Positions 1 through 9,161 of a stretch of DNA of 64,000 nucleotides are shown here, piece after piece (positions within the stretch are counted from its first letter, which is position 1; the number at the start of each line of letters is the position of its first letter). The stretch comes from Burkholderiales bacterium. GTDB lineage: Bacteria > Pseudomonadota > Gammaproteobacteria > Burkholderiales > SG8-41. The notes under the pieces are model-generated. The model was given only the letters and a program-made list of their open reading frames with translations. It was not told where the DNA came from and did not search any database. Where the stretch lies: the NCBI GenBank assembly GCA_046596405.1, contig JBKJMN010000021.1:750-64749 (forward strand), written 5' to 3'. A program made the position numbers and the translations under genes.

Positions 1-2
1 CG

Positions 3-365
3 ATGCCGCAGCTCACGCTCATCAATCTGCAGCGCGATGCCGGCGCCGATCTCGCCGACCTTGCCGCCAGCCTAGGCATCCGCATCCTCGACTTTCACGA
101 AGCTCTCGACGACGTTGAGGAAATGGCGGCGTTATGCCGGGCGCTCGACCGCGTAGTTACGGTCGACAACTCCATCGCCCATCTTGCCGGCGCGCTTGGA
201 TGCAACGCCGCCGTCCTGCTTTCGCACAGCGCCGACTGGCGGTGGATGCGCGACCAGCGCAATAGTCCATGGTACCCGTCGATTACCTTATATCGGCAGG
301 CCGCGCCGGGCGACTGGGCGAGCGCGCTCGCGCAAGCCAGCGCCGAGCTCGCTGCGCGCCCGTGA
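3..365 (+). CDS. 3' part of a TPR/GT9-like putative glycosyltransferase gene (5' end outside the window)
   Basis: Frame is open from the window edge to the stop at 363-365. The C-terminal motifs VDNSIAHLAGALG, WRW and PWYPS..LYRQ are shared with the C-termini of the ORFs at 3521-5233, 5230-6819 and 6822-8357. Confidence 0.7.
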   Translation: MPQLTLINLQRDAGADLADLAASLGIRILDFHEALDDVEEMAALCRALDRVVTVDNSIAHLAGALGCNAAVLLSHSADWRWMRDQRNSPWYPSITLYRQAAPGDWASALAQASAELAARP

Positions 366-459
366 GGGCTGGTCAGAGCGCGCGGTTTGCGCTACAAGAT
401 TTCACCGCCGGACGGGTAAGAACAATCCGGCACTTCGCGGCCAGAAAAAATACAGCGAA

Positions 460-2085
460 ATGACGCTACTCAAAAAGTGGTTTGCGCCGCAAAGCGCCGC
501 CCTGAAGTGTGCCGCCGTCACTCCGGTCGGCCCCGGGCACGTCGAGCGCGCGCGCGATTGCCGCGCCTCGATCGAAGCGGCATGGCGCGAGCATCGCGGT
601 CCTTTCTCCGCACTCGAATTTTGTTTCGTCGACGATAGCCGCGGCGAACTCGGGCGCAGCAAGGCCCGCAATGCCGGAATTCAGTCGGCGCTGCAAGCGG
701 GCGCCGACTGGATATTTTTTCTCGATGCCGATGACCTGATGACACCGCGGGCATTCTCCCTGTTTGCGCCGTATGCAGATCGCTTCGACGCGGTATGGGG
801 ACTGATGGCGATCAAGCCGCCTGCTGAGCCGCACCACATCCGCTTTCCACAGGCGCTTACCTTGCAGTCGGTCGACGAATTGTTATTGCTCGACCCGTTC
901 ATGACGCTGTTGATGGGCCATTTCGTGCGTACCAGCGCCGCCGTCACGCTGCCGTTCGACGAAGCGATGGATGCCGGCGAGGATTTCGACTATTACATCC
1001 GCGCGTGGGAGCGCTATCGGTGCGTAAAAATCGCCGAAGTGCTCTCGGTCAATCGCAGCGATCAGCATTCGTCGGGCCCGCGCGCCGCGACCGCCGGGCA
1101 GTGGCGCGCTGCGGCAACGTCACGGCTGGCCGCGGGGATGACAAAGAGCGGGCTCAGCCGTCACACGAGCCGCGCGATCGGCGCCGTCAATCGCTGCAGC
1201 ACGGAAGCGCAGGCGTTCAGCCGCGCGCGCGATGAGGCGAGCGCCGCCAACCTGGGTCTGCTCGCCGCGCGCCTGCCGTATCGCGGTTTGGTCGACGTTA
1301 CCTCCGGCACGGGCGGCGATTTTGTCATGTTCAGCAACAACGACGACCTGGTAGCGCTGAGCCTCGGTTGGACCGGCGACTATCTGCCGGCCACGACGCG
1401 ATTATGGCAGGCGCTCGCCAAGAGTGCGCCGTCGATTCTCGATATCGGCGCGTATACCGGTTACTTCGGGCTGCTGGCGGCACGCGCCGCGCCGGCGGCC
1501 GCCATCGTGTGCTTCGAACCGCTCACGGCGAATTTTTCGCGCCTGGAATTGAATCTCGCCTTGAACGAAGTGCGCAACGTACGCGCCATGCGTGCGGGGG
1601 TCGCAGCCAGCCACGCGGAAATGACGCTGCGGGTGCCGGCGGCCGGCGAGGGCCTGTCCACCGCCGCGACCTTGCTCGACGATGGGCGCGCGATTACCCG
1701 CAGCGAGACGGTCGGGGTGCTGAGCATCGACAGTTTCCTCGGACCGCAGGGCAGCGCACCCGCGCTCATCAGAATCGACGCCGGCGCAGCGGCGGCGGAT
1801 ATCGTTGCGGGCATGGCGCAAATGTTCCGGCGCGCGACTCCCGATCTCGTCATTGCAGTGGAGGACGCCGCGTGCGCGCAACGGCTGGATTCCGAACTGC
1901 AGCAGCACGGCTATCGATTCTATACAGTGGACGATGACAGCGAGACTACCGTCGCCAGCGATCGCCTGCTGCCCGCCGCGGCAGGTTGCACGGCCTACCG
2001 GTGGGTGACCACGCGATCAGCCGACGATGCAGAACGCCTCGTCGCTGAGGCGCATTGCAGTTCCCGCCGTGCCATCGAGCGCTGA
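460..2085 (+). CDS. GT2-family glycosyltransferase (N-terminal) fused to FkbM-family SAM methyltransferase (C-terminal), paralogue 1
   Basis: ORF 184-2085 trimmed to ATG 460 (MTLLKKWF..) because the upstream part overlaps the previous gene. The N-terminal half has GT-A features, including the FFLDADDLM DxD motif. The C-terminal half has the ILDIGAYTGYF glycine-rich motif typical of FkbM/Methyltransf_21. It is collinear with the paralogue at 2206-3528. Confidence 0.65.
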   Translation: MTLLKKWFAPQSAALKCAAVTPVGPGHVERARDCRASIEAAWREHRGPFSALEFCFVDDSRGELGRSKARNAGIQSALQAGADWIFFLDADDLMTPRAFSLFAPYADRFDAVWGLMAIKPPAEPHHIRFPQALTLQSVDELLLLDPFMTLLMGHFVRTSAAVTLPFDEAMDAGEDFDYYIRAWERYRCVKIAEVLSVNRSDQHSSGPRAATAGQWRAAATSRLAAGMTKSGLSRHTSRAIGAVNRCSTEAQAFSRARDEASAANLGLLAARLPYRGLVDVTSGTGGDFVMFSNNDDLVALSLGWTGDYLPATTRLWQALAKSAPSILDIGAYTGYFGLLAARAAPAAAIVCFEPLTANFSRLELNLALNEVRNVRAMRAGVAASHAEMTLRVPAAGEGLSTAATLLDDGRAITRSETVGVLSIDSFLGPQGSAPALIRIDAGAAAADIVAGMAQMFRRATPDLVIAVEDAACAQRLDSELQQHGYRFYTVDDDSETTVASDRLLPAAAGCTAYRWVTTRSADDAERLVAEAHCSSRRAIER

Positions 2086-2205
2086 GACGATTGTAGGTTG
2101 TGACGCGGCCCGTTCGCGGGCGATGCCGACGCGCATCGAGTATGATTTACCGATGTCGATACCGCCTGCTTGCGCTTTTCCCTGCGGGAATTCCCCGGGT
2201 GCCCG

Positions 2206-3528
2206 ATGAAGTGCGCCGTGGTCGTGCCGGCGGGACCCGGCGACGAACTTTACGCGCTGGATGCGCGGGATTCCGTGCAGGCAGCCAGCGCGGCTTCGCG
2301 CGGGCCATTCGCCGAAATCGTGCATATCGCAATCGACGATCGGGCCGGTAAGCTCGGTCCGGCACGGGCCCGCAACCAAGGCGTCGAACTCGCGCGGCGC
2401 GCGGATGCCGAGTGGATTTTTCTGCTCGATGCACGCGACGTGCTCGGCATCGACGCGTTTGCCAGCGTTACCGATAAAGTCGATCACTACGACGCGATTT
2501 GGGGCGGCATCCATGAACTGGCCGACGATGAAGCAGGCGGCGTGCTGCGTCCGGGTCAATTGCTCGAGATACGGCGCATTGACGACCTGCTGGCCAACGA
2601 CCCGCTCAATACCCTGCAGACCGGACATTTCGTCAAAACCGCCGTCGCGCTGGCAACGCCGTTCGACGCTGAATTGGGCGCGGGTGCGGACTTCGAGTAC
2701 TTTCTGCGCCTGTGGAGGAAATACCGCTGCATCAAGATTTCGCAGCCGTTATATTACGCACGCATCGAGGGCACGCGCGGCGACGTGCCCGGGTTTACCG
2801 CCGAAGAATGGTGCGCGGCGGCCCGGCGTGCGATTGGCGCTTGCTGCGTGGCGCTCGATTTTCGCGCTGAATTCACGTATCGCGGGCAAAACTTCCGCTT
2901 CAGCGTTGCCAACCCGTTCGATCTGATTCACGGTAATTTGCTCAAGGGGCGGTTTTTCGAGCTGCGCGAGCTCGTCTTCATCGAGGACTGGGTGGGCCGC
3001 GGCGCAACGATCGTGGAAGTGGGTGCTTATGTCGGCAATCACGTTGTCTACTACGCACGCTTCATGCAACCGCGAACCATCGTCGTGCTCGAGCCCAATC
3101 CGGAAGCCATCGCGTTGCTGCGGCGTAACCTGCAAGCCAATCGCATTGAGACCGCCGATCTCTCCCATCTCGGCGTCGGCATCGGCGCGGGGGAGGGGAA
3201 TTACGACCTCGTCTGTGAGGGTTCCGCCAACGGCGGGGCGACCCGTCTCGTGCGTGCGGATGCCGGCGCCGTGAAGTCGGCAGCGCTTGACGATGTCATT
3301 GCAGAGAAAGTCGATTTCATCAAAATCGACGTCGAGGGCATGGAGCTCGAGGTGCTCGCCGGCGCGGCCCGCGTGATCGCAGAATCGCAACCGAAAATCA
3401 TGATCGAAGTGTTCCGCGCGCAGACGGCGCAGTTTGTCGAATGGTTGCGCCAGCAACGCTATAGCGTGACGCATCAATTCGACTACGTTCACGCGGTGAA
3501 TTACCTGATCGAGCCGGCCCATGGATGA
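2206..3528 (+). CDS. GT2-like domain fused to FkbM-family SAM methyltransferase, paralogue 2
   Basis: ATG 2206 (MKCAVVVPAGPG..) within ORF 2170-3528. The N-terminal half aligns with paralogue 1 (WIFLLDARDVL in place of FFLDADDLM). The C-terminal half has IVEVGAYVGNH and the classic FkbM motif FIKIDVEGMELEVLAG. Confidence 0.7.
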   Translation: MKCAVVVPAGPGDELYALDARDSVQAASAASRGPFAEIVHIAIDDRAGKLGPARARNQGVELARRADAEWIFLLDARDVLGIDAFASVTDKVDHYDAIWGGIHELADDEAGGVLRPGQLLEIRRIDDLLANDPLNTLQTGHFVKTAVALATPFDAELGAGADFEYFLRLWRKYRCIKISQPLYYARIEGTRGDVPGFTAEEWCAAARRAIGACCVALDFRAEFTYRGQNFRFSVANPFDLIHGNLLKGRFFELRELVFIEDWVGRGATIVEVGAYVGNHVVYYARFMQPRTIVVLEPNPEAIALLRRNLQANRIETADLSHLGVGIGAGEGNYDLVCEGSANGGATRLVRADAGAVKSAALDDVIAEKVDFIKIDVEGMELEVLAGAARVIAESQPKIMIEVFRAQTAQFVEWLRQQRYSVTHQFDYVHAVNYLIEPAHG

Positions 3529-5233
3529 GCCGGGCGGGGAAAATGCGGCGGCGTTGCAGCTTCAGGGCGCGCACTGGCGTGAAAGCGCGAACTATGCCCA
3601 GGCGGAGCGCTGCCTGCTGCGTGCGCTCGCGCTCGAGCATGATTTCGCCGCTGCGCACCTCGAATTGGGGCGTACTTATCGTGCGCAGAACAAGCTCGAA
3701 GACGCTGTCGACTATTTGCAGCTCGCTGTGCACTTCGCGCCGCGATGCGTCGCGGCCCGGGTCGAACTCGGCGCAGCGCTCGACAGCCTCGGCCGCGCGG
3801 ATGCCGCCCTCGCGGCCTGCCGGCAGGCAACCATTCTCGATCCGCGCAACTGCGCAGCGTGGCTCGGCCTGGCAAGGCTGTACAAGGCGCGTGAAGATTG
3901 GCCGCTATCGATCGCCTGCTATCGCACGGCCGTGGCCTGCGATCCGGCCTCGGCGGACGCGTTGTGCCTGCTTGGTTACGCGCTATACAAGGCCGGCGAT
4001 TATGCGGAATCGCGCGCGCAGTTCGACGCCGCGCTGCAAATATCGCCGAACATGGTCCAGGCCCACCATAATCTGGGTTTGTTGCATCTCGAGCTCGCCG
4101 AACCCGCTGAGGCGCTCGCTTGTTTCAGCCGTGCTCTGGCAATCGAACCGCAGCTCCTGGAGACTCGCACAGGCCTCGCGCATGCTCTGCGCGATCTTGG
4201 ACGGCTCGACGACGCAATCGGGCATTACGATAGAGTGCTGGCGAAAGAGGGGAAGTTCGCCGACGCAGTAATCAACCGCAGTTACGCGTTGTTGATGAAA
4301 GGCGATTTCGCCGGCGGCTGGGCGGCCTATGACGAGCGTTTTGCCAGTGGTGGAGAGACGGGCCGTAATTTTCCTTATCCGCCGTGGCGCGGCGAAGCGC
4401 TGGCGGGCAAGCGCGTGCTCGTTTACGCGGAGCAGGGACTGGGCGACGAAATCATGTTTGCGTCGTGCCTGCCGGAACTGCTCGCGCTGGGCGGCCATTG
4501 CGTCATTGAATGCAGTGCGCGGCTGGCACCGTTATTCACGCGTTCTTTTCCTGCCGCGTACGTTCGCGGCGGCGGCAAGCAGGATGACCAGCAATGGCTC
4601 GCCACCTTGCCGCCGATCGATTGCCAAATCGCGATCGGCTCATTGCCGCGCTATTTCCGGCGTGAGTCAGCGGATTTTCCGGCGCGCGCCGGCTATCTCA
4701 CCGCCGCTGCGGCGCGCATCGAGCACTGGCGCAACCGCCTTGCGGCGGACGGACGGCTGCGGGTGGGCATCGCCTGGCGCGGCGGCACTCTGCGGTCACG
4801 GCAGTTCGCGCGCTCGATTCCGCTGCCGCTCTGGGCGCCGCTTGTGGGGGGCGATCGGGCCGCATTTTATGCTTTGCAATACGGCGATATCGCCGCCGAG
4901 CTTGCAGACTTTCGCGCCGGTTCGGGCGCATCCGTGATGCACCTCGGCAGCGCGGTTGATGACCTCGACGAGCTGGCGGCAATTATTGGCGCGCTCGATC
5001 TGGTCATCAGCGTGGACAACACCGTGGCGCATCTGGCCGGCGCGCTCGGCAAACCGGTCTGGTCGCTGCTGTCCTGCAGTCCCGAATGGCGTTACCCGCG
5101 CAGCGGCGAGGCGATGCCCTGGTATCCGTCGATGCGGCTTTTTCATCGGGCGCCCGCTGAGGCTAGCGAGCCAATCATGGAGCGGGTCGCGGGGCAACTG
5201 GCGAAGAACCTGCAAGGGCCCCCGCGCGCATGA
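3521..5233 (+). CDS. TPR-repeat protein with C-terminal GT9-like (heptosyltransferase-fold) domain, paralogue
   Basis: The N-terminal ~270 aa contain repeated TPR-like A..YR.AL..DP units. The C-terminal domain has YAEQGLGDEIMFASCLP, GIAWRGG, LQYGD, DLVISVDNTVAHLAGALGKPVW, EWRY and MPWYPSMRLFHR. The start overlaps the upstream stop by 8 nt. Confidence 0.75.
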   Translation: MDEPGGENAAALQLQGAHWRESANYAQAERCLLRALALEHDFAAAHLELGRTYRAQNKLEDAVDYLQLAVHFAPRCVAARVELGAALDSLGRADAALAACRQATILDPRNCAAWLGLARLYKAREDWPLSIACYRTAVACDPASADALCLLGYALYKAGDYAESRAQFDAALQISPNMVQAHHNLGLLHLELAEPAEALACFSRALAIEPQLLETRTGLAHALRDLGRLDDAIGHYDRVLAKEGKFADAVINRSYALLMKGDFAGGWAAYDERFASGGETGRNFPYPPWRGEALAGKRVLVYAEQGLGDEIMFASCLPELLALGGHCVIECSARLAPLFTRSFPAAYVRGGGKQDDQQWLATLPPIDCQIAIGSLPRYFRRESADFPARAGYLTAAAARIEHWRNRLAADGRLRVGIAWRGGTLRSRQFARSIPLPLWAPLVGGDRAAFYALQYGDIAAELADFRAGSGASVMHLGSAVDDLDELAAIIGALDLVISVDNTVAHLAGALGKPVWSLLSCSPEWRYPRSGEAMPWYPSMRLFHRAPAEASEPIMERVAGQLAKNLQGPPRA

Positions 5234-6819
5234 ACCTTCGCGCCTGGCTCGGATCCCTGTTGCCGCGTCCCAGTGCGCAAGCAGGCGTACCGGCAGATGC
5301 CGCGCAAGAGCCTCCGGCAGCCGGCGTTTTTCAGGAGGCCCGCGCGGCATTTGACGCCGGGCTGGCGGCTTATGCTGCGCAAGATTTTGCCGCCGCGATC
5401 GATTGCTTCAATCGCGCGCTCAAGAACCGCCACGACGATGCAGATGCGCACAACAATCTGGGACTCAGTTATCTGAGCGCAGGCCGCGCGGAGGACGCCA
5501 CCGACGCATTCGTGCTTGCGCTGCATTTCCGGCCGGACTTCCCGCAGGCTTTTTACAACATGGCATTGGCGGCTTTGACAGCGCGCGAGGTAGTCGAATG
5601 CGAACGTTGCCTAGAACGGGCGCTCAAGCTGAACCCGGATTACGCGGCTGCGCATAATACGCTGGGCTATCTGCTCACCCACCAGACCGGAGATTTTGAG
5701 CGGGGTGCCGGCCATGTCCGGGCCGCCTTGCAGTTAAGTCCCGAGGATCCCGACGTACTGTGCAACTACAGTGCGGTACTCGCCCAGGAGGGCCGTGCCG
5801 CGGAAGCGCTGGAATTATGCGAAAGACTGCTGGCCAGCCATCCCGCGATGCATGAGGCGCGCTTGAACCGCGCGCTGGCATTGCTGAAGCTCGGCCGTTT
5901 TGGGCAGGCGTGGCCTGACTACGAAGCGCGCAAATTGGCGCGCGGCAATTATGTGCCGCGCGCGCTGCCGTTTCCCGAGTGGCAGGGCGAGCCACTGCCA
6001 GCCGGGCGATTGCTGATATACGCGGAGCAGGGGCTCGGCGATCAAATCATGTTCGCGTCGTGCGTGCCGGATGCATTGAAACTCACCGGCGGTTGCCTGA
6101 TTGAATGCGCGCCCGCGCTGGCCCCGTTGTTTGCGCGCTCGTTTGAACCCGCTGAAGTCGTCGCGCAGACCACGGACGACAACCTGGTGCGCTCGGCGCG
6201 GGCGGCGGGAGTCACCTGCCAGATAGTCATCGGCAGCCTGCCGTCCAGGTTTCGGCAGTGCCGCGCGGATTTTTCCATTGCGGCGCCTTACCTGCGCGCC
6301 GCCCCCGCGCGTCGCGCATACTGGAAAGATCGTCTGAGCGAATTGGGCGCGGGGATAAAAGTCGGCATTTCATGGTCCGGCGGCGCGCTGTCCACGCGCG
6401 GCGCCAGCCGCTCGCTGCCGCTCGCAGAATGGGCGCCCATACTGCGCGAGGAGCAATGTCATTTTGTGTGTCTGCAATACGGCGACGCCGCCGGCCAAAT
6501 CAATGCGCTGCCGAAGACCCAGCGCTCCAGGCTGCACGATTGGCGCGAAGCGATTGAGAACTTCGACGAAACTGCGGCGCTGGTCGATGCGTTGGATCTC
6601 GTCATCACCGTGCAGACGGCTTTGGTGCATCTGGCGGGGGCGCTCGGCAAACCTGCGTGGGTGATGGTGCCGGCAGCGTGCGAATGGCGGTATGGCGAAG
6701 GCGGCGCCACGATGCCGTGGTATCCGACGGTCCGGCTCCTGCGGCAAACCCGGCCCGGCGAATGGCATGCCGTGATCGAGCGGATCGCGCACGACTTGTT
6801 GACGCTGGCGGCGCGCTAA
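5230..6819 (+). CDS. TPR-repeat protein with C-terminal GT9-like domain, paralogue
   Basis: Same architecture and motifs (YAEQGLGDQIMFASCVP, GISWSGG, LQYGD, DLVITVQTALVHLAGALGKPAW, EWRY, MPWYPTVRLLRQ). ATGA start/stop overlap with the upstream gene. Confidence 0.75.
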   Translation: MNLRAWLGSLLPRPSAQAGVPADAAQEPPAAGVFQEARAAFDAGLAAYAAQDFAAAIDCFNRALKNRHDDADAHNNLGLSYLSAGRAEDATDAFVLALHFRPDFPQAFYNMALAALTAREVVECERCLERALKLNPDYAAAHNTLGYLLTHQTGDFERGAGHVRAALQLSPEDPDVLCNYSAVLAQEGRAAEALELCERLLASHPAMHEARLNRALALLKLGRFGQAWPDYEARKLARGNYVPRALPFPEWQGEPLPAGRLLIYAEQGLGDQIMFASCVPDALKLTGGCLIECAPALAPLFARSFEPAEVVAQTTDDNLVRSARAAGVTCQIVIGSLPSRFRQCRADFSIAAPYLRAAPARRAYWKDRLSELGAGIKVGISWSGGALSTRGASRSLPLAEWAPILREEQCHFVCLQYGDAAGQINALPKTQRSRLHDWREAIENFDETAALVDALDLVITVQTALVHLAGALGKPAWVMVPAACEWRYGEGGATMPWYPTVRLLRQTRPGEWHAVIERIAHDLLTLAAR

Positions 6820-6821
6820 CC

Positions 6822-8357
6822 ATGACCATGCTGTGGGCGCTGATAAAAAACTTTACGCGCAAGACGGCCGCGCTGCGCGCCGCCCCCGATGCTTTGGCCG
6901 CCGGCGTCTCACGGTTCCATGCCGGCGATTGGGCGGCCGCACGACTCCATCTTCAAGCCGCGCTCGCCGCCGATGCCGCAGATTGCGATGCTGCCTATTA
7001 TCTCGGACTCACCGAAGCGCGCAGTGGCGAACTTGGGCGGGCGGAATTACTGCTCGAAAAGGCCCGCGCAAAGCGCGACGATGCGGACGTCAACAATGCG
7101 CTGGGCAACGTTCGACGGCTGCGCGGCGATCTGCCGTCGGCTGCGGACAGCTACCGGCATGCCTTGGAGCGCGACGAAAATCATCTGGCCGCGCTGGCCA
7201 ACCTGGGGCTTACGCTGCGCGATCTCGGCTCGCCGCAGCAAGCGCTGGCCGTGCTCGAGCGCGCGCGCCGGCTCGCCCCCACTCACGTCGAGACCCTGTT
7301 CAACCAGGCTCTCGCGCTCACGGATCTGGGGGACCACGAAGCCGCGGAGCAACTGATCGAGCACGCATTAAATATCGATGGCAATTTTGCACAGGCCCAC
7401 TTGCAGCGCGCATTCATGCTGCTCAAGCGCCGTGATTATGCGCAAGGGTGGCGGGAATACGCATGGCGGGTGCGCATACCGGAAGTCGATCATTGGCAGG
7501 ATTACGCTTATCCGATGTGGCAGGGCGAAGCATTGGGCGGCAAGCGGCTGCTGGTGCAGGCCGAACAAGGTTTGGGCGATCAGATCATGTTCGCTTCCTG
7601 CCTGCCGGACGTGCTTGAGCGTGCGCAACACGTGACCATCGAGTGCGATCCGCGCCTCGCGAAATTATTCGGACGTTCATTTCCGTCCGCTACCGTGTAC
7701 CGGCATCGGGTCGGCGGCGAACCGGATTGGATGCGCGAACGCGCGCCCGACTATCGCACCCGGTGCGGCGATTTGCCGCGCTTGCTGCGCAACGCTGAGG
7801 GTGATTTTCCAGCGCGCAACGGCTATATCGTTGCCGATCCGTCGCGCGTCGGCGCCTGGCGCGAACGGCTGGCGGCGCTCGGCAGCGGTCTCAACGTCGG
7901 CATTTCGTGGCGTGGCGGGACGCCTGCCACCGGCCAGGCAATGCGGTCGCTGGCGCTGGATAAATTGCTGCCGATATTATCTCTGTCCGGCGCGCATTTC
8001 GTCTCGCTGCAATACGGCGATGTCGGCGCTGAAATCGCCGCCGTGAGCGAGCGTCACGGCGTCGTTGTGCATTCATGGGCGAATGCGGACGCGGGCATGG
8101 ACGACGTGGCGGCATTGATCGCGAGTCTCGATCTCGTCATTACGGTATGCACAACCGCCGCGCACCTGGCGGGCGCGCTCGGCAAGCGTGCGTGGGTGCT
8201 GGTGCCGGCAGTTGCGGAATGGCGCTATGCGGCCGCCGGGACCATGATGCCTTGGTATCCGGCATTGCGTCTGTTTCGCCAAAATCAGCTCAATCAGTGG
8301 AATGAGGTAATCAACGACGTCAAAATCGAATTGGCACGTGAACTCGGCGCGCGCTAG
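6822..8357 (+). CDS. TPR-repeat protein with C-terminal GT9-like domain, paralogue
   Basis: ORF 6657-8357 trimmed to ATG 6822 (MTMLWALIKN..), 2 nt after the upstream TAA. Motifs: QAEQGLGDQIMFASCLP, GISWRGG, LQYGD, DLVITVCTTAAHLAGALGKRAW, EWRY, MPWYPALRLFRQ. Confidence 0.75.
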   Translation: MTMLWALIKNFTRKTAALRAAPDALAAGVSRFHAGDWAAARLHLQAALAADAADCDAAYYLGLTEARSGELGRAELLLEKARAKRDDADVNNALGNVRRLRGDLPSAADSYRHALERDENHLAALANLGLTLRDLGSPQQALAVLERARRLAPTHVETLFNQALALTDLGDHEAAEQLIEHALNIDGNFAQAHLQRAFMLLKRRDYAQGWREYAWRVRIPEVDHWQDYAYPMWQGEALGGKRLLVQAEQGLGDQIMFASCLPDVLERAQHVTIECDPRLAKLFGRSFPSATVYRHRVGGEPDWMRERAPDYRTRCGDLPRLLRNAEGDFPARNGYIVADPSRVGAWRERLAALGSGLNVGISWRGGTPATGQAMRSLALDKLLPILSLSGAHFVSLQYGDVGAEIAAVSERHGVVVHSWANADAGMDDVAALIASLDLVITVCTTAAHLAGALGKRAWVLVPAVAEWRYAAAGTMMPWYPALRLFRQNQLNQWNEVINDVKIELARELGAR

Positions 8358-8403
8358 CTCAAGGCCGTGTCAACTGTCATTACAACCCCCGCAGCCGGAA
8401 AAC

Positions 8404-8418
8404 TGACGCTCAGCGTCA
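8404..8418. promoter_or_regulatory. Perfect 7-1-7 palindrome TGACGCTCAGCGTCA; candidate enhancer/regulator binding site upstream of the pilin promoter
   Basis: Read directly from the sequence. It lies about 200 bp upstream of the sigma-54 -24/-12 element. (C)TGTC motifs flank it at 8368-8371, 8374-8378 and 8423-8427. A 1-nt loop makes a terminator hairpin unlikely. Confidence 0.25.
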
Positions 8419-8614
8419 CGTACTGTCGTTCAAAGGCGTTGCACTGGATTCTTGTGATGGAGCATTCGTGATTTTGTTGCGTAAGGTGAAATATTAGGGG
8501 GCGAGTATTGCATTGATGGCAGGCGGGGGGAATGCCCGCTCTAGACGTAAACAACTGAATAAATATGATTAATTTTTAAACTGGCCGACCGGCCACTGCC
8601 CATTCAGACGCCAA

Positions 8615-8630
8615 TGGTATGGAACTTGCT
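8615..8630 (+). promoter_or_regulatory. Sigma-54 (RpoN) -24/-12 promoter for the first pilin gene
   Basis: TGGTATGGAACTTGCT matches TGGCAC-N5-TTGCW with GG and GC at exactly the canonical spacing. It is 65 nt upstream of pilin ATG 8696. Type IVa pilin genes are classically RpoN/PilR dependent. Confidence 0.6.
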
Positions 8631-8695
8631 GTTACCCGTGTGTAACTTTAGAAGAATGGTTGTTTTCAGCGTTTGTAACTTTTCAAGGAGATTTT

Positions 8696-9115
8696 ATGAA
8701 GCGTATCCAACGCGGTTTTACCCTGATCGAATTGATGATCGTCGTGGCGATTATCGGCATTCTGGCCGCCGTCGCATTGCCGGCCTATCAGGACTACACG
8801 ATCCGTGCGAAAGTCTCGGAAATAGTGCTTGCAGCGAGCGGCTTCAAAACGACGATAGCGGAAAAGTCTGCTTCGGATGGCACGATCGGCAGCTCCGGCA
8901 AAGGTTTGACAGTCAGCACCGGCGGTCGCGTATCAGGCGGCGACGTTACGGACACGGGCACGATCACGGTCGCGGGCAGCAACGCCTCGATCGGTACCGT
9001 TGTGACCATCATGCTTAACCCGTCACTGGGCGCCGGCGGCCGCATTGCGTGGCTGTGCACGACTTCGGGTAACTCGAACCAATGGAAATACGTGCCAGCG
9101 GAATGCCGTCACTAA
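8696..9115 (+). CDS. pilA: Type IVa major pilin (prepilin with class III signal)
   Basis: [34 protein letters not shown]: short basic leader, G-F cleavage site, Glu at +5, hydrophobic alpha1-N. C-terminal Cys pair (WLC...AEC). AAGGAG RBS at 8683-8688. Confidence 0.93.
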   Translation: MKRIQRGFTLIELMIVVAIIGILAAVALPAYQDYTIRAKVSEIVLAASGFKTTIAEKSASDGTIGSSGKGLTVSTGGRVSGGDVTDTGTITVAGSNASIGTVVTIMLNPSLGAGGRIAWLCTTSGNSNQWKYVPAECRH

Positions 9116-9161
9116 AATTGTAATTTTGCAGAGTAGTCGCAAAGTTCCAATGCTAGCCGAC

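Noticed and set aside
184-459. 5' part of ORF 184-2085 (MPARLDATPP...), which would give a 633-aa protein
   Set aside because: It overlaps the well-supported C-terminus of the upstream TPR/GT9-like gene in another frame. It is Arg/Pro/Ala-rich with no motif. The paralogue at 2206 begins at the equivalent of ATG 460.
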